A stretch of DNA of 58,948 bases, filler included, from Jimgerdemannia flammicorona (GCA_003990765.1; 3 parts of 3 records of this genome joined end to end with filler, not necessarily neighbours in it), one strand, 5' to 3'; counted from the whole stretch's first letter, positions 25,091 through 39,373 are shown. Program-made: numbers and translations. The notes: generated from the sequence alone by a model not told the origin.

Positions 25091-25355
25091 GGCACTAATA
25101 GGGGTAGGCCAGGTGCACTAGATGCCAAGTACTTGAGGTGGTTGGGGCTCACAACCCATACCCACTCTTGGGTGGGGCAGGCTGGGTAGGAGGATCTAGT
25201 TACTCGGGTAGTGAGGTCGCAACTCACATCCTAAAGGTGCTTAAATTATTATTGGTTTGGAAATTGTAGTGTGAGAGTAGGGTGGGGTGAGATGCAGAAT
25301 GTGGCTGCTGGTATGGCATGAGGATTTTAGATAGTTAATAAATAGGGCTCTGGCC

Positions 25356-25625
25356 TATCCCTTAGATGGTAATGCAGCCAAATATGGCTGCAAATTTTTG
25401 AAAATTCATAAGTCTGAAAATAATAATAACTTTTCAAAAATATTTAAATTATTGATTTTTTATATATTTTTTTACCTTTGGGTAAAATTTTATATAAAAA
25501 TAAAATTTTGAATTTAGATGAATTGAGTTATATTTCTAACAGAAAATGCAAACTTGAAAAAATCAGATTTTCTCAATTAAAAAATCACTGCTTAAAAGAC
25601 GTTCTCATATACCATCTAAGGGATA
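25356..25625. mobile_element. MITE-like element with 16-bp perfect terminal inverted repeats
   Basis: TATCCCTTAGATGGTA (25356-25371) and TACCATCTAAGGGATA (25610-25625) bracket an AT-rich non-coding core. Superfamily and TSD unclear. Confidence 0.65.
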
Positions 25626-25644
25626 TAAAATAATTCTTCTATTA

Positions 25645-25805
25645 CTTAACTTTAATTTCTATCTGAGTAACTATTTCTCAAGTTTGAGACTTAATTTTTT
25701 CTACTAATTTTTGAGTCTTAACTTTTATTTCTATCTGAGTAACTATTTCTCAAGTTTGAGACTTAATTTTTTCTACTAATTTCTGAGTCTTAACTTTTAT
25801 TTCTA
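25645..25805. repeat. 72-bp tandem duplication
   Basis: atctgagtaactatttctcaagtttgagacttaatt at 25661 and 25733. Confidence 0.9.
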
Positions 25806-26659
25806 TTTCTAAGTATTGAAATCTGTTTTACTTTTTAGATAAAGAAGATAAGGACTTATATATTAACTAAATTAAGTAGTATTTCCTATATTTGAATTGT
25901 TTTTCTTACCTTTCTCAATAATTCTATATTATTTCTCACTTCTTTTTACAATTTTTGAATTTCTCTTTCTTTATTTTCAATTATCACATGATTTTACTAA
26001 ATAATTTCTAATTTTCTCTTTTAAATATATCATTCTATTCTTTGTTAGTTTTCATAAAAGATACAAAGTAAGTTTTAGTATCTACTTCTTATTTCTTAAT
26101 AATTTTAAAAACAACTTCATTTAACTTGTTTAATTTGCTATTTTCAAGCCAGTCTAATAATTCTTATGGTTCTCTCACTTGTTAATAAATTCTATCTTTC
26201 TTAATATTCTCTTTGGATAATTTTGAATAATCTAGTAAAAGTTTTGTTATTTTTTTCTTTAATTCTTTAATCTAATCTTTAAATTTATCTAACTTATTAA
26301 CTTTTTTTTATAAGTCCTTTTTATTTCTATCAAGCTCATAATTCTCTAAAAGAGTTTTATAATACCAATCTTCTAAATATATCAAGTTTTTACAAAACTC
26401 CTTAAATATTTTCTCAATATTACAATTCTTGAAATATGCTTTTTCATATTCTCTCAATAATAGAATAAGATAATTAAAGTCTTTTGCTATTCTAATTCTC
26501 TCCTCATCTATTCACCTTTACTTTAGATTTCTAAATCAAATATTTTTAATAGTTCTAAAACCAATAATATTTTAAATTTCAGCTTTTTAAATTATTTATT
26601 TCATCTAATAATTATTTATTTCTCTTTTGAAGTTCTGTTATTATATTATTTGTTATAAA

Positions 26660-27060
26660 TAGTGCTTTTAATAAATTGAATCAAATCAAATTTGATATCA
26701 ATTTGATTCAATTCAATTTGAATTAAGATCCAATTTAATTTAATTTGAAGTTTAATCTAAACTTAATTTTTTGAAGTTATAATTTAAATTGAATCAAATC
26801 AAATCAATTCAATTTGAATTTAAATATAGTAGTAATTCACATATGTAGTTTAATAAATAACAATATAAGATTAATGATATAAGATTAGAATTAAATCAAA
26901 CTCTCAATTTAATTTGATTGAATCAAATCAGATCTCTAATTTGATTCAACTTTGATTCAATTTAACTTCAATTCAAATCAAAAAATCCTCAATTCAATTT
27001 GACTCAAATTAACTCCAATTCAATTCGATTCAAATTGATTTGATTTATTTGGAAATACTA
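26660..27060. mobile_element. hAT-type MITE with 8-bp TSD
   Basis: GTTATAAA at 26652-26659 and 27061-27068. Imperfect TIRs TAGTGCTTTTAATAAAT / ATTTATTTGGAAATACTA. Internal AATC/GATT subterminal repeats. Confidence 0.75.
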
Positions 27061-27608
27061 GTTATAAATTTATATTTATTTTTCTTTTAATATATTTATA
27101 TATTTCTTTTTATAAAGTTATGTTAAGTATATTGATTATTTTAAAATAAATTTACTTTAAAACTATAATGGTTATTTTTCTTTAAGGTGGTTGTGAGTGA
27201 TAATAATCCAGTTATAGTATGAAATAAAGAAAATGTTTCCTGAAAAATTTATGTTCTGTCTAATTATGATGCATCAAAGTCCAATCAGTATCAGTGAGGA
27301 CTTTGCCAAAGCTGCCCAAGCAAGAAATCAAATTAGAAAGAGAAAGAAGAGAAGTATGAAAATAGAGAACATTAGGTTATACTTTTGGTTTGCTTACTCT
27401 AATCAATTTATATGGTGAATATTGAATAATTAAAAATTACGAGCAAAGCCACAACAAAAATAAATAATCGAGTGATGTCAAATGTTCATTTTGTCTGGTT
27501 TTGTTGCAGCACGCCCCATATGAGACCAATCCAGATAGGCCATAAGGTACTGACTTTTCACTGAATATATATAATTTTGTGAACACTGCCCCGGAATGCT
27601 AAATCTCG

Positions 27609-29251
27609 TTATATCTTACAGTCCAAAACCCCATACTCATACAATCCCGTCACCATCATCCTCCCCCGACCCCGATCCACCATCCCCGTCGTCGACGTCG
27701 AAAACTCGCTTCCATCATCCGAGAACAACGTCTCCATTGTCAACCCTTTTCCGCTCTCATCCCCCCACGTCACCTTCAACACACACGACCCAGGCCTCCT
27801 ATATCCATTGGGGTACCACTTCATCCCCTTAGGCACCCCATCCTCCGGAATCCTGGCCTTGGCGAACTTGAGTAAATCCAATCCATTCGGATGACCGCCG
27901 ACAATCACCTCCCCTGTCCCTTCATCATAATCCAGATTATCCACTGCCATCGCCACTTGCACCGACCCTTCGCGCCGTAGGATGGGCCACGTACTTCTCC
28001 TCTCGTTCATCGCCTTTACATTCTCCACCGCGAACCGATTGACCGCGGCGTTGTATGACTCACCCACGTAGATTGTCTCCCCATTCTGCGGTCCAGTCAC
28101 TCCGTTTGTGAACCTGAACCCGCGCCGCACGACCTCTGCACGCCCGACGCGCGCGTTGTAGAACGCCAGATCCGCCAGCGGCAGGAAGAGGTAGTTCTCC
28201 AGGAGCTTAGGGATCCCGCGAAGGAACATGTGGTCGTTGCTGACGAAGAAGGAGGGCGTCCCGTCGTCGGCACGCGTGTAGGGAACCACGTGGATGCTGT
28301 TGGGCGTGTGGATCCGTGGGTCACGGATCGTCTTGATGTGGTGCAGTCGTGGGGGAGAACAGGCGTCGCGGATGAGTCGAACGATATGAATCCAGGGACC
28401 GCCAGGGGCGACGTTGGCGATTAGCAAGGTTGTGGTATTGGCGGGGTTGAGTGTGTGGGTGTCGACGGCGATACCCAGCGGGTGGAGCGGAACGCCGAGG
28501 TCAGGGATGGGAAGCTTAATAGGGGTCACGTTGGGCTGAGATGAAGGAGGGTGAACGGTTATCATGGATGCATTTGTGTGCGTGAGATTATGTAATTTCG
28601 AGGTCCAAGTAACCAGTACAAAAAAAGAAAAAAGAACACCTACCTCCTCAAGATCATACATCCACACCTCCCCGTCCACCAAAGTATCATCAATGATGAC
28701 TTTATCCATTACGGTGTTATACCGTCTCCTCATTGAATCGCAGCTCAGGAACGCCAGCCCCGTCGCATGGTCTATCACGCCATCCTCGCAATACACCGGG
28801 CCTATCGACAGCGAAAAACAAATAATTAATCACCCGCAAATTATCCATAACCCAACGCGCGTATCAAAGAGAGATCAACCTACCCTCCACTCTCCGACAC
28901 TTCTCCAACCCGACGCTGGGCATTGGCCGTCCGCGCATGATCCCAAGCATCGTGACTGCGCGATGACGACGAACCGGTTGGGTCGAAATATCGTTACCAT
29001 GGGACGAGCGTGGGTTAGGTTGGGTTGGGTTTGGAGGAGGGGTAAGTATCGATAACGATGACGAGACGGATGATGAGCGCGCCAAAAGGAGGTGTTAACT
29101 TACTCGGTTTGTATAGAATCACGGCTATCAGCGCGAGTACGATGGTCGTTCCGCGCCAAGCAGTCCCGCGGTTGGCCTTGAGAGGTGTTGTGGACTTGTG
29201 CGGGGTTTTCAGGTCGCGTGGAGGAGCGGGCGAGATGGGATTTGTGGCCAT
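27609..29251 (-). CDS. Paraoxonase/arylesterase-like six-bladed beta-propeller with N-terminal hydrophobic anchor, ~434 aa, 4 exons
   Basis: Exons 29251-29104, 28955-28884, 28801-28644 and 28535-27609 (1305 bp). Motifs CED, LHPLGI, PNSI, FFVSNDH, FTNGV, AVDNL, VGGHP and STSTTG. Confidence 0.9.
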
Positions 29252-31636
29252 TTGGCTGTGCGGGAATCACGGTTACAATGAAGGAGTAACGTTAAACAGA
29301 GCGGGTAAAGGGGGGGAGAAGAAGGGTAAAAAACGAATTCAGGATCTTTAAATAACGCACCACAAGCCATGTGACGCGAAACCTCATTGGAACAGGAATT
29401 CATTTCGCGGGGAGAGCGAAGGGGATTGAGTTTCGGTCTCATATGCCATACGGAGTTGATTGGCCTGGCGCGGCAACACAAAATGTAATCGCGCGATGTA
29501 GGTATGTGTCAGACGGCACAGCCGCTCCGCGTTTCTCCGTAGCAAGCAGCGAGAGTTTATTTTGAGGCGGCCAAGATCCATAAAAGAAACGTAAAAAGCT
29601 TCTGCCGTTAGCACGCCCCAGAGTATGGGGAGGCGAAAGGGCGCCTCCTTGAGATCCAAAGTGCAATCCTTCTGGGTCAGTGTTCGCTGCCAGCCCGTAG
29701 CTCTCAGAAGAATACGAGCGGCCCTCAGTCTTGTCCAAGTTGGAAATTGGGTTTGCCATTCATTTGCTGTATCGGTTCTGTCGGTATTCCGGGAAGACAG
29801 TTCACAAAACCCCGCCTTTGGTCTATTCGAGAAACTACAACAGGTCCTTCAAAGATTGTTGCCAGTAACTCGCTTCTTATGCTCCATGAATCGATTTTCC
29901 CTGATCGTACGATTTCTCCACTACCCACATTCCTTGAAAGAGATGTACTTCGACATTGAAGGCGAATTTGGTTGATTCTCTATCATTTACGCATTGTTCA
30001 ACGGCTCGTTATGTGAAGTTTGGAATATATTGACCCCGGATTGCAATCGAATTCTTTTACATCTTATCTGTTCATCCTACAATCGCTTACTAGAATTAAT
30101 TCTGCAACTGGAATAACCCGGGATCACCTAACAAAAAAAATTCACAAAAAGAAGAATTCAAATGTGCGCTACCGCGCCAGCTCCTTTAGGACGTAGGAAG
30201 AGGCCGACCCTGTCGTCGACGCAGACGCGCTGACCTACAACGAGATCGAGGGAAAGCAGGCCGCTCTCGAGAAGGGGCCAGGCACTCGAGATTGGCAGAA
30301 TAATTGATCTTCGGAAATTGTTGCGTCCGTGCAGTGCAATTCGGGAGACCTGCATAAAACAGCGTCTTCACATGTCCAGAACTAGAACTAGACAATATTT
30401 GATAGCGACGGAAAATTTTCTGTAGATTGTTCTATACTGTATATACTTAATAATTTTATAAGTCTCCAAGGCTAGCTATGCAACGATGCTGTTCAGGTTT
30501 CGATTCATACTCTCTTTTCAAGGCACGCGTCTTGACATAATGTTCATCCTGCCTTTTGCAGGATATGAATGTGTCGTATTATGACTGCGAACAACGTGAG
30601 CATGAATGATGATGACGTATTCCAGCGCATTATGCATCACTTAATCTCGGTAGCGATTGTGCCAAGTGTCGTCTATGAATTGATTTGAACATATGCAACG
30701 ATACAACGGTTTTGAGCTTGGCGGCAGTTGTCGATGGACTGATGCCCGAAGATAATACTATAAATAGTATCACTTAACACCATTATGACTTGGTAATAGT
30801 TTGCTTGATTGCAAAAATTGAAAATAATAGAAGAATGTGCGTGGAAAATCAACACGGTACGCTGCTTTGAAGAGCTACTATGCCTTCGTTTTGGGATATT
30901 CGCATTGGTAGCGTGTCTTTTATGATGTAATATGTTCCATTGCCATGGGCTCTGGGGAGTTTCTTGCAAGCCCTCCAATCATGCTCGATCCATTTCAGCG
31001 CGCTACGTTCATAAGCTGGGGTTTGGTTCATTGACGCAATAGAATGACAATGTTTGATGAATCGGCGAATCTCACCGTCATAGCTGTTTCGCCACGACCA
31101 AATGGCTGGTGTTTATAATCCCTGGTTTTATTATAGCATAAAAAAATAAAAAAAATCTCTTGTTTGGTTTTGGTCGCATGTAGTTTATTTATTTATTTAT
31201 ATATTTATTTTAAATATGAAGTATCCTTTCAGTCTAAATGCCGTATAATGGATACAGCGCACACCCACGAAACGTGGTGATTCACCCCGCACTTCCTGGG
31301 CATTTGCAAACCGCGCGGGAACAGATGGCGTCTGAAAATCACGATGGTGGATCTTTGATGAACAATGCGGTTTCTACCACTACGCGCGGAGGCTGTTATG
31401 ACGGCGTGGTGATGTGAAGGAATGATGGTGGCTCGCCATGACGTCAAAAGCTTGTAATGGAGAAATGCAAAGGCTTGGGTTGGTCAGCGCTATATAATAC
31501 CGTTAGAAAGACCCTCTAGAACTCTAAGCTTAAGCTTGCACCTGTCTTCGAAAGCGAAAACCAACCCAACCATTTCAAATACTTAGAATCTCCTCCTCCC
31601 ACTACTCCACCCACCAAACCAAACCAAACAACCGTC

Positions 31637-33099
31637 ATGCCCAAGCCCAAAATCTGCGTTACTACCTGCGACGGTGCCACTGGCCACAGCGTCGTTGAGT
31701 GAGTGTCTCGCGCCAATCCTTCATTATTCGTTTTCTTTGTACGTTCATCCCCCCCGCAAATGCGACCGATGTAAATATTTATGCACGTTAAAATGGCACA
31801 GGTATCTGGTGACCCATTCCGACCACAAGAACAATGTCGAGTCCGTCTGCGCCATGGCCATCGACCCCCAGGCTTGCTCCGACCTTGGCAAGTTCGCTAA
31901 GGTCGTCTCCGCCAACCTTGAGAACGTCGACTCGATGGCCGAGATTTTGAAAGATTGCGACACTGGTATACTATATTGTTCCGTTGTTTTGTCGTTGTTT
32001 GTTATTTCATTTTGCTTGTCGTTTCGAATATTTTGGGTTGCCAATCACAAACCCTCCTAATCAATCCTCGTCTCCCAAACGTACGCACATACAGTCTACG
32101 TCATCCCCCCAGCCCGCGGTGACAAGAGGAAGCTGACCGTCAACATAATCGAGGCCGTCAAGAAGGCTAATATCAAGAACATTCTCTTCCTCAGCACCGC
32201 CGGTATCGACATGGCCGACCCGCAGAGGCACCCGAGGCTCAGGGAGTTCGTCGAACTGGAGTCCATGCTTCTCAAGTGTGCCTGCGAATCCAATGCGTGT
32301 CCTCACCACTATGCCATCATCCGGTACCGACATCTTCCCGTTTCTTCCCAATCGCAAGTTTTCTCCCATGGATCGGTAACCTTCTTTAACATGGCATTAT
32401 TATTTTTTCTCGATATATCTAGAGCCAGTTTCTACTTGCAGAATCTGATTCTCTATCAGGAACAGGCCCAGAAAGAGGGCAAACTTCCCATTCCGATCGG
32501 TCCCAACGGCAAAATGGCTCCCGTCAATCTTGACGATGTCTCTCGCGGTACGGCTCCCCTTCCAAAAAAGTATTCCTCCGACTGGTGCAGAATTGCTAAT
32601 CCATCCCCAATCTTCGGCGACTTTTTCAGTTGCTTCCATCATCCTCGCGCAGGATGGCGAGTCCGGTATGTCCGACATGGTCGTGGGTCAACTGATCGAG
32701 CTCACTGGCCCGGAGTTGCTGAATGGCCCACAATTAGCCGAAAAAGTGTCCCAAGCCGTCGGCAACAACATCCAATTCTCTGACATATCCCCGTCCGTAT
32801 CTCATGCACGCTATCTTAGGTCGTCGTTCACACGTGTCATCGGACACTCTAAATCAAACCCCTCCAATGTTTACAATAACAACAATAACAATAGGGAGCA
32901 AGCCAAGAAAATCCTCACTCAACGCAGCGACATTGACAAGTCGGAGATGGAGCTCCTCCTCGAGCTGTATGACCTCACCCGTGAAGGGAAGCTCGCTCGC
33001 CTCACCACCCTTGCCTACAAGGCCCTGATTGGCGAGAAGCCGTCCAACGCCGACACGTTCTTCAAGAATCACGCCGGCTATTTCAAGGGCGGGCAGTAA
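31637..33099 (+). CDS. NmrA-like NAD(P)-binding Rossmann protein, ~315 aa, 6 exons
   Basis: Exons 31637-31698, 31802-31965, 32095-32323, 32423-32547, 32630-32792 and 32895-33099 (948 bp). ICVTTCDGATGHSV, IIEAVKKANIKNILFLS, IIRASFYLQNL, APVNLDDVS, ELTGPELLNG. TATATAA at ~31491. Confidence 0.88.
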
Positions 33100-34606
33100 G
33101 TAGTAGTGAAAGGAGGTTCGCCCTTGGGGCGTGGGAGGTCGGTGCCGTGTGATCGATACAGGGAATGATCTTCAGTTGGAAGTCCGTGCGCGATAGGAGT
33201 TTGTGCGTCTCTCATGATTATGGTTTTGAAGGGGCTTGGTCTGTGTGTCAACAGGTGCGATGAGGTAGCGCGCGGTTCGATGAAAGAAACTTACCATATG
33301 AAAGTGTTTGCAGGTTTGCTGGCTTTAATTGTCATTTTTACCAAACAAAAACAAAAGGTTAAACGAACCGAAAAGAGCTCCGAAAGGGACAAAAAGAAAT
33401 AAAGTTGTTCAATTGGTTCCCCCAACAAGCAATATAAAAATATCGCGTTTTAATTTAAGCTATTTGAAAAAAAAATACCGCTCACGGAAGCTGGGCTAAC
33501 CGATGATACCGTTAAACACTGTCAGGTGTGCGGTACCATGCAACCACAGAAGGGTTGTGTAAGCAAATAAGCTTTTTTCGATCCTTCGAACGGACACGCC
33601 ACCTGGGCCAGGGTGCTAACCACGATATAGGTTTAAGCATCGTCAGCTGTGATGGAAGATTGCACGCAAAAGGAACCGCAATGGAGTACACCCTCCAAAA
33701 AAGCCGGTTTTTTTTTTTTTTTTTTTTTTTTTATGAAAAAAATTACTTTAAGCTAATCGGTGCGATCGCGGTATACACACACACCACCCCCCTTTTCTAA
33801 ACGCCGTCCGATCATCACAAGCATATGAAAGCCGAGATCGGAGTTTGCAAGCTGGACGGACTTGACGTCGGTACCGCCAGGTAGGATTTGGTGACTCATG
33901 TTACGCATATTACGCTATCGTGCATGGTTTTAAGATGATGTCGAAGAAAAAAAAAAAAAAACACTGTCATCATTTGCACATGAAAATTGCGGATTTGTTT
34001 CCTTGCAGGAGAGACCGAGTCTGAATAATCGAATATACCGAAAATTTCGTTCCAAATGTAGTTTTTTGTTTGTATTGTCAAAAATCATCCCCAGTTAGGA
34101 CGAGGTTTTTATTTACATTTCAAACCAGCGCTCCATTTTTTGCTGGGAATGCGCACGCGGCATCAGAAATGTACGCATGCAAAATTTCTTGCTGTATAAC
34201 CGATCATGTATGCGAGGAAAAAGGACGAAGGAATACATTGCCGACGAGAAAATTCGAAGGAATTACAGGCATACTAACACGGACAGGTAACCAAATGATG
34301 GAATATATCATGATTATATACGGCAAGGAATATTTCATCGTAAAGTGGCGTTATCAAGAAATGTCTTACTTACAAAGAAAATGCACGTAAGGTGGATAAT
34401 TTATGTACAAATTGCGAGAGGTGATAAAGAATGCGACAAGGTTACGAGGTTCCTGAAGGAAACGTTTGTATCGGTGACGTCGCTTTTGAAAAGGGGTGGT
34501 ACGTTCTATCACAATTTTGGAGAGAATGCGTGTATACCACCAACTTGAGGAAGTGGATTCCTCGATCGACGTGCGTCGCCTGATTATGCGGGGGTAAACA
34601 CAAAAG

Positions 34607-34637
<31 letters not shown>

Positions 34638-34677
34638 AAATAAATCCCAGGGCAAATGTCGCTGGATAGGGGGGGAT

Positions 34678-36195
34678 TTACAAGCGAGCGTCCCTGCCAC
34701 TCAAGTTTTGTACCCAGTGCTGAGCAAGCCACACGATGGGTGACACGCCAACGGAAATACTGCGGTAAACGACAATGACGCCACACAGCGCGATGATTTC
34801 CTTGACGGTCCCAGCGAGATTGAAGCAGGCCTCTGAAAGGTTCGGCGGTGCCGCGGGATTCTGTCGCACCAAGGCGAGGCTTTCTTCGTTGCGTGGTGAC
34901 ACCGAGGGTTTGGAGCGGGGGCGTCTCGGATGGACGGAAACGCGATCTTCCGTCCGACGGGCTTTGAGCATAGTCGGTTGGACGGTTGACTGGGCGGTCG
35001 GTCGAGCGGCCAGGCGGGCAGTTGGCTGGGTGGTCAGCACGGGACCGGCTGGGATGGTGGGCAGGCCTAGTGCCTTGGCTGACCGGGAGATCGTGACCGA
35101 GGCTGGCGAGCGAGTGCTTGTTCGAGAGCTTTGTCGGGAGCTGGCTGGGACGGTGGGAGGTGTTGGGCGAGCGCTCAACCGAGGACTGGCTGGGATGGTG
35201 GGCAGTGTCGGCTTGACGCTCGATCGAGGGCTGGCTGGGATGGTAGGCAGTGTCGGCTTGGCGCTCGCCCGGGGGCTGGATGGGAGAGGTGCTGGGAGAG
35301 GTGGCAGGGCTATCGGCAGCGAGCGCTGAGCTGTCTTTTTGCTTGGAACGTACTCAACCTGAATGACAGGGTTGAAGCGGAGCGACTTGGTAGGGATGTG
35401 CGGGATGCTCTCACTGCCGGGCAACGAGTTGGCACGCTTGGGTCGCGGGCGGCGGTCCTTGTCTTCTTCCGACGACGACTCGCCTCCAGTCCAGGATTCG
35501 CGGAGCAAGTTGAGTTCAGCCTGTCGGCCGCTGGTGTTGGCGCGTCGCTTAAGAGCGGGCTTGAGAGTGGAACAATGGGTCTTTTGCGTCGGGAGGGATT
35601 GGGATTTGACCGGAGGGCGGAATTCGGGTGTGAATTGTGTCATAACCTTCGCTGCGTGCTCATTAAGAGAGCAGCGCTCCATCAGATTGTCATTTTCATC
35701 ACGCTGGTAGAGCGGGCCATAGAGCCACGTAATATCGCATTCCTTTTGCCTGTAGATTATCGGAAGTAGACGGGTGTAGGGTGTTGGGTTATTCGCGGGT
35801 CACAGGCGGGGGAACGCCCAAAAAGTGATTTCACACGCTAAAAAGAGAATCAAAACCCTAAAATTTCTTCTTTACCAGTTAACCTCCGAAGGGTTGATCA
35901 ACCTATTTGCCTTTCCCAACTTGTCCGTGCAATTCCTGGCCATCTGTCTCCACAGCGCGTTCTCCAGCCTCTGCAGTCGGTACTCTTCCACCGACAACCG
36001 ATGTTTTTCCTTTATCGACATGGTCAACGGTCGACGCCACGGCCGCTTCTGACGCTCCGTCTCCATCTTGTCGTCGTTATCCATAAGTCGCTGTCGAAGC
36101 TCCGCAGCCTGCTGCTTGCTTTCATGGTATGAGCATACGAGGTCTTCGGCATCCCAACTATGGGAAAGGTAATCTACGCAAATGAATGCTTTCAT
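34678..36195 (-). CDS. DUF1752 / Reg1-like fungal regulatory protein, ~463 aa, 2 exons
   Basis: Exons 36195-35876 and 35749-34678. CVDYLSHSW, RLENALWRQ, INPSEVNW|QKECDITWLYGPL, LKPALKR and an RVxF-like KSLRFN; Pro/Ser repeats (PTIPASPR). Confidence 0.88.
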
Positions 36196-39100
36196 AATGG
36201 CTTTTTTTTTTTTCTTTTGGTATCTAGTGAAGAGTATGTACAAATAGTGTATGTACAAATCGTATCGTTTCAAACGTTAAGGTTTTTTTTTTTTTTTTCC
36301 TACGAGGGACTTAGGGTATTGTATAATCCGAACAAGGGCAAGGGAGGGTCCAGTGAAAGTAGAGGGGAGCTAAGATGTGAAGGTAGGAAGACTCCTACGA
36401 AATCGTAAAATCCAAACGGAGGGGTGGATGAAGAAGCAAGAGCGGAAGCGGCAGGTTGCTGTGTGTATTTGTAGTTGCGGAGGAACTGGTTTGTATATCA
36501 TTTAAGAATGACGATCGTGAGGTAGCACCCAATCAAGTTGGGCAAGATCCATCAATAAAAGAAGGAGGGCTGAAAAACTGAAAAACTAAAAAAAAAAAAA
36601 AAAATAGGGGCGGCTACATTTAACTATCCTGACTATCTTTGCTTCGGCGGCTGTGTCAATGAAGGTTGGGTTTGATCGTCTAGCGAAAATAGTTTATTGG
36701 CCACTTTTTAGGGCTGAAGCGAGGAGCATTTCGGATCAGGATGACGTATGACGAATTCGGGTAGGATTGTCGACGACTCGGGATATCTCCTGATTTTTCT
36801 AGCAGGATGGGAGCACAAAAACAATCTGGCAAAACGTCAAAAAACCATGCCTTGCACGCGGCGCACGCGGCCCTGGATAACCCATATTTAGAATGGAATA
36901 AAAAACTCCTCTCGCATGAGTCCCGCGTTATCACGCCGGATTGCTGCGGAGTAACTAAAGGTATAGGGGGAGAGACCCCATTGAAGACGGAACAAATTTT
37001 ATACCCGGTCAAAAAATTTTCCTCCATGTCAATTGGATTCCATGACCCAGATCAACTTTAATGAAGGACGGCTTCTAACCTACGGACTTCATCGAATCAC
37101 GTTTGCGAGAAAGGCTGCACATGTGTCTCGTATCTACCTATCCTGATCTCACGACTTCTCACAAATCGTCCTACCACTCGCGAATGGCCAAGCATTAAAC
37201 ATTCAAATATTCATGCATGCCTGCAAGAAAAAGTCCGTTGCTTACGCATCTTAACCTTACCGTCGCACACTTAACCTCGCCGTCGCACCTTTAACCTCAC
37301 CGCCACACAGCCGCCCAAGGGCAAAATACTAAACGGTGATCCAATTTTCCAGCGCCTACCGCCGCCGCTTATCCATTGAGCGACCCCCTATTCCCACGAT
37401 TTCCCGCTTTTTACCACCAATTTCGTCACACCTATTTTTCCCGCGGCACTTTCCAGGTCCCCCCCCCAACAGTCTAGAAGCCCTCATCGAATAATGCAAT
37501 TTACAACTTCTTATCTGCACATGCTTGAAACCTCTAAGCCGACCCTGACTCATCCCACAAGGCGACAAGTGCGTAGGCATTTCATGACCGCTTTGGAAAT
37601 TCTATCGGGTCTTCCTCGTGATAGCCCCATTTAAGTTTTCTGGTTACAGTAAAAAGCCGCGGGAGCCAGGACCCCGGGCCACGGTGTGTTTCGGGAGGGG
37701 ATCTATGGGAGGGACGTTTGTCACGTAAGAACTTTTGTGCGTTGCAAGACGAATTTTCCATTGGAATTCTCTCGCCGGGGGAGATGCTAAGCGTAGGATG
37801 GGTTGAAAGTACATAATTTTTACCAGGAATAATGCAAAGATTTTCATTATCCTCGTCTCGATAGCCAATAAAGCTTGGTAACCTATCGCACCGCTTCCAA
37901 CAAATGTTGTATGATTTACCGTTTACCGACGGTATCTCGTGTACTGGAATGTCACACCCATTCCGCTTGTGTACCGCGACTACACAACCCACAACCCAGA
38001 TGGCCACGATAGCCAACTTGATTCCCCCGCAAAAATCAGGCCCGGGTCCCGCACCCTGCGTGCGAAAAACGTAAACGCCGAGAGACGGGCCCGGTTACAT
38101 GGAATCTGGGTACCAGCGTCTGTAGGGCAAACAACAATGATGTTATGGGAAATGTGGGAGAGGACGAAAAATAGCACACTTCATATAACGGTCGTCGTAT
38201 GTTGTTTCTAGAGAGGGTTTCGTTGAAGCCGTCGGCAAATCTCATTGAATGGGAGCGGAGATGGTTTTGCTGGATTTAACATCCTACCGCGCCTTGCCGG
38301 GGTGATACGAGATGAGATGGCCCAGGGCTGTGGGCCGGCGCGTGACGTAAGACGGTTACGCGTTTGCCGGAAACCAGAAAGGGGCTCCGGTCTCAGACCT
38401 TGCTACTGGCAAGAAAAGAGAGATTGGTTGGTATCATGCGACCCAAGCGTCACCGTATTTTCATACAAAGTCCGTGCGCGTCGCGCGATTTTCGCGGCAA
38501 CATTGAAATAGCGCGTTGAAAATCTCAATTGTATCCACCAACCCTTGATGTTTTTTCCTTTCTATTCTCACGGCCGATCTCTGCGGGACTCCGCCTCTTT
38601 CTTTGTTGGCAACCTAATCGAGAAGAGTGTACAGACAGTGCGCTGCATGTAAATTTCCATGGCCTCCCATTTCATTCTGGCTGATAAGCTTAAAGCAAGA
38701 TGCAAAAGGCAACGGATTCCCAATCTTCTCCAGTCAGGTCGTGTTTCTTATCATTGTCCTAGCAACAGCAAACTAAACGATGCAAATTCAGGCAAGACCC
38801 GGCGTGGGATGACCTTAAGAAGGAACCGCCTCCTTAAAGAAGTTCGACTAGTTCAGGTTGCCATACTGTTCACATTCCGCATATAAAGATACAAGCTGAA
38901 TCAGCAGTGTTTTTGGCCAGTATTTTGGTTTATGGATTCGATAAAGTAAATTCGCTACTTTGATACCATGATCGACATGACCATTCCCCTTAAGAATGGT
39001 TTCGGATGATTTTTATTATCCAATCTCACATGCGTATGGTGCATATTGTGCATGGTCTCACCACCAAAACTCGACCAGAACGGGAAGGGAGGGAAAAAAG

Positions 39101-39273
39101 ATAACTCCCCTTTAGATTGACTTCTTTGAATGATGAGAAAGGAGGGCGCACACCATTGGGGTCATAAGGGCCATGTCTCTACACGCACATTCCTCGCAAA
39201 TGACGTATGCCGCCCAAAGGAAGGTCAGGCGTAAAATGCCACGCTCGCAGCACGATTTTTTTTTTTTTTTTTT

Positions 39274-39373
39274 NNNNNNNNNNNNNNNNNNNNNNNNNNN
39301 NNNNNNNNNNNNNNNNNTTAATTAATTAANNNNNNNNNNNNNNNNNNNNNNNNNNNNNNNNNNNNNNNNNNNN
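39274..39373. other. Assembly gap with artificial linker
   Basis: N run with TTAATTAATTAA. Confidence 0.98.

Noticed and set aside
24360..25227. Cys-rich metallothionein-like or collagen-like ORFs
   Set aside because: They arise from a stop-free 9-bp repeat that is open in nearly all frames.
29580..30000. Overlapping short ORFs upstream of the paraoxonase gene
   Set aside because: No coherent splice model or recognisable domain; at most a pseudogene fragment.
34775..35769. Plus-strand ORFs over the DUF1752 gene
   Set aside because: Antisense shadows of a GC-rich exon.
37250..37310. Three 20-bp repeats containing TTAACC
   Set aside because: Short local tandem repeat, not a telomeric tract; no supporting context.
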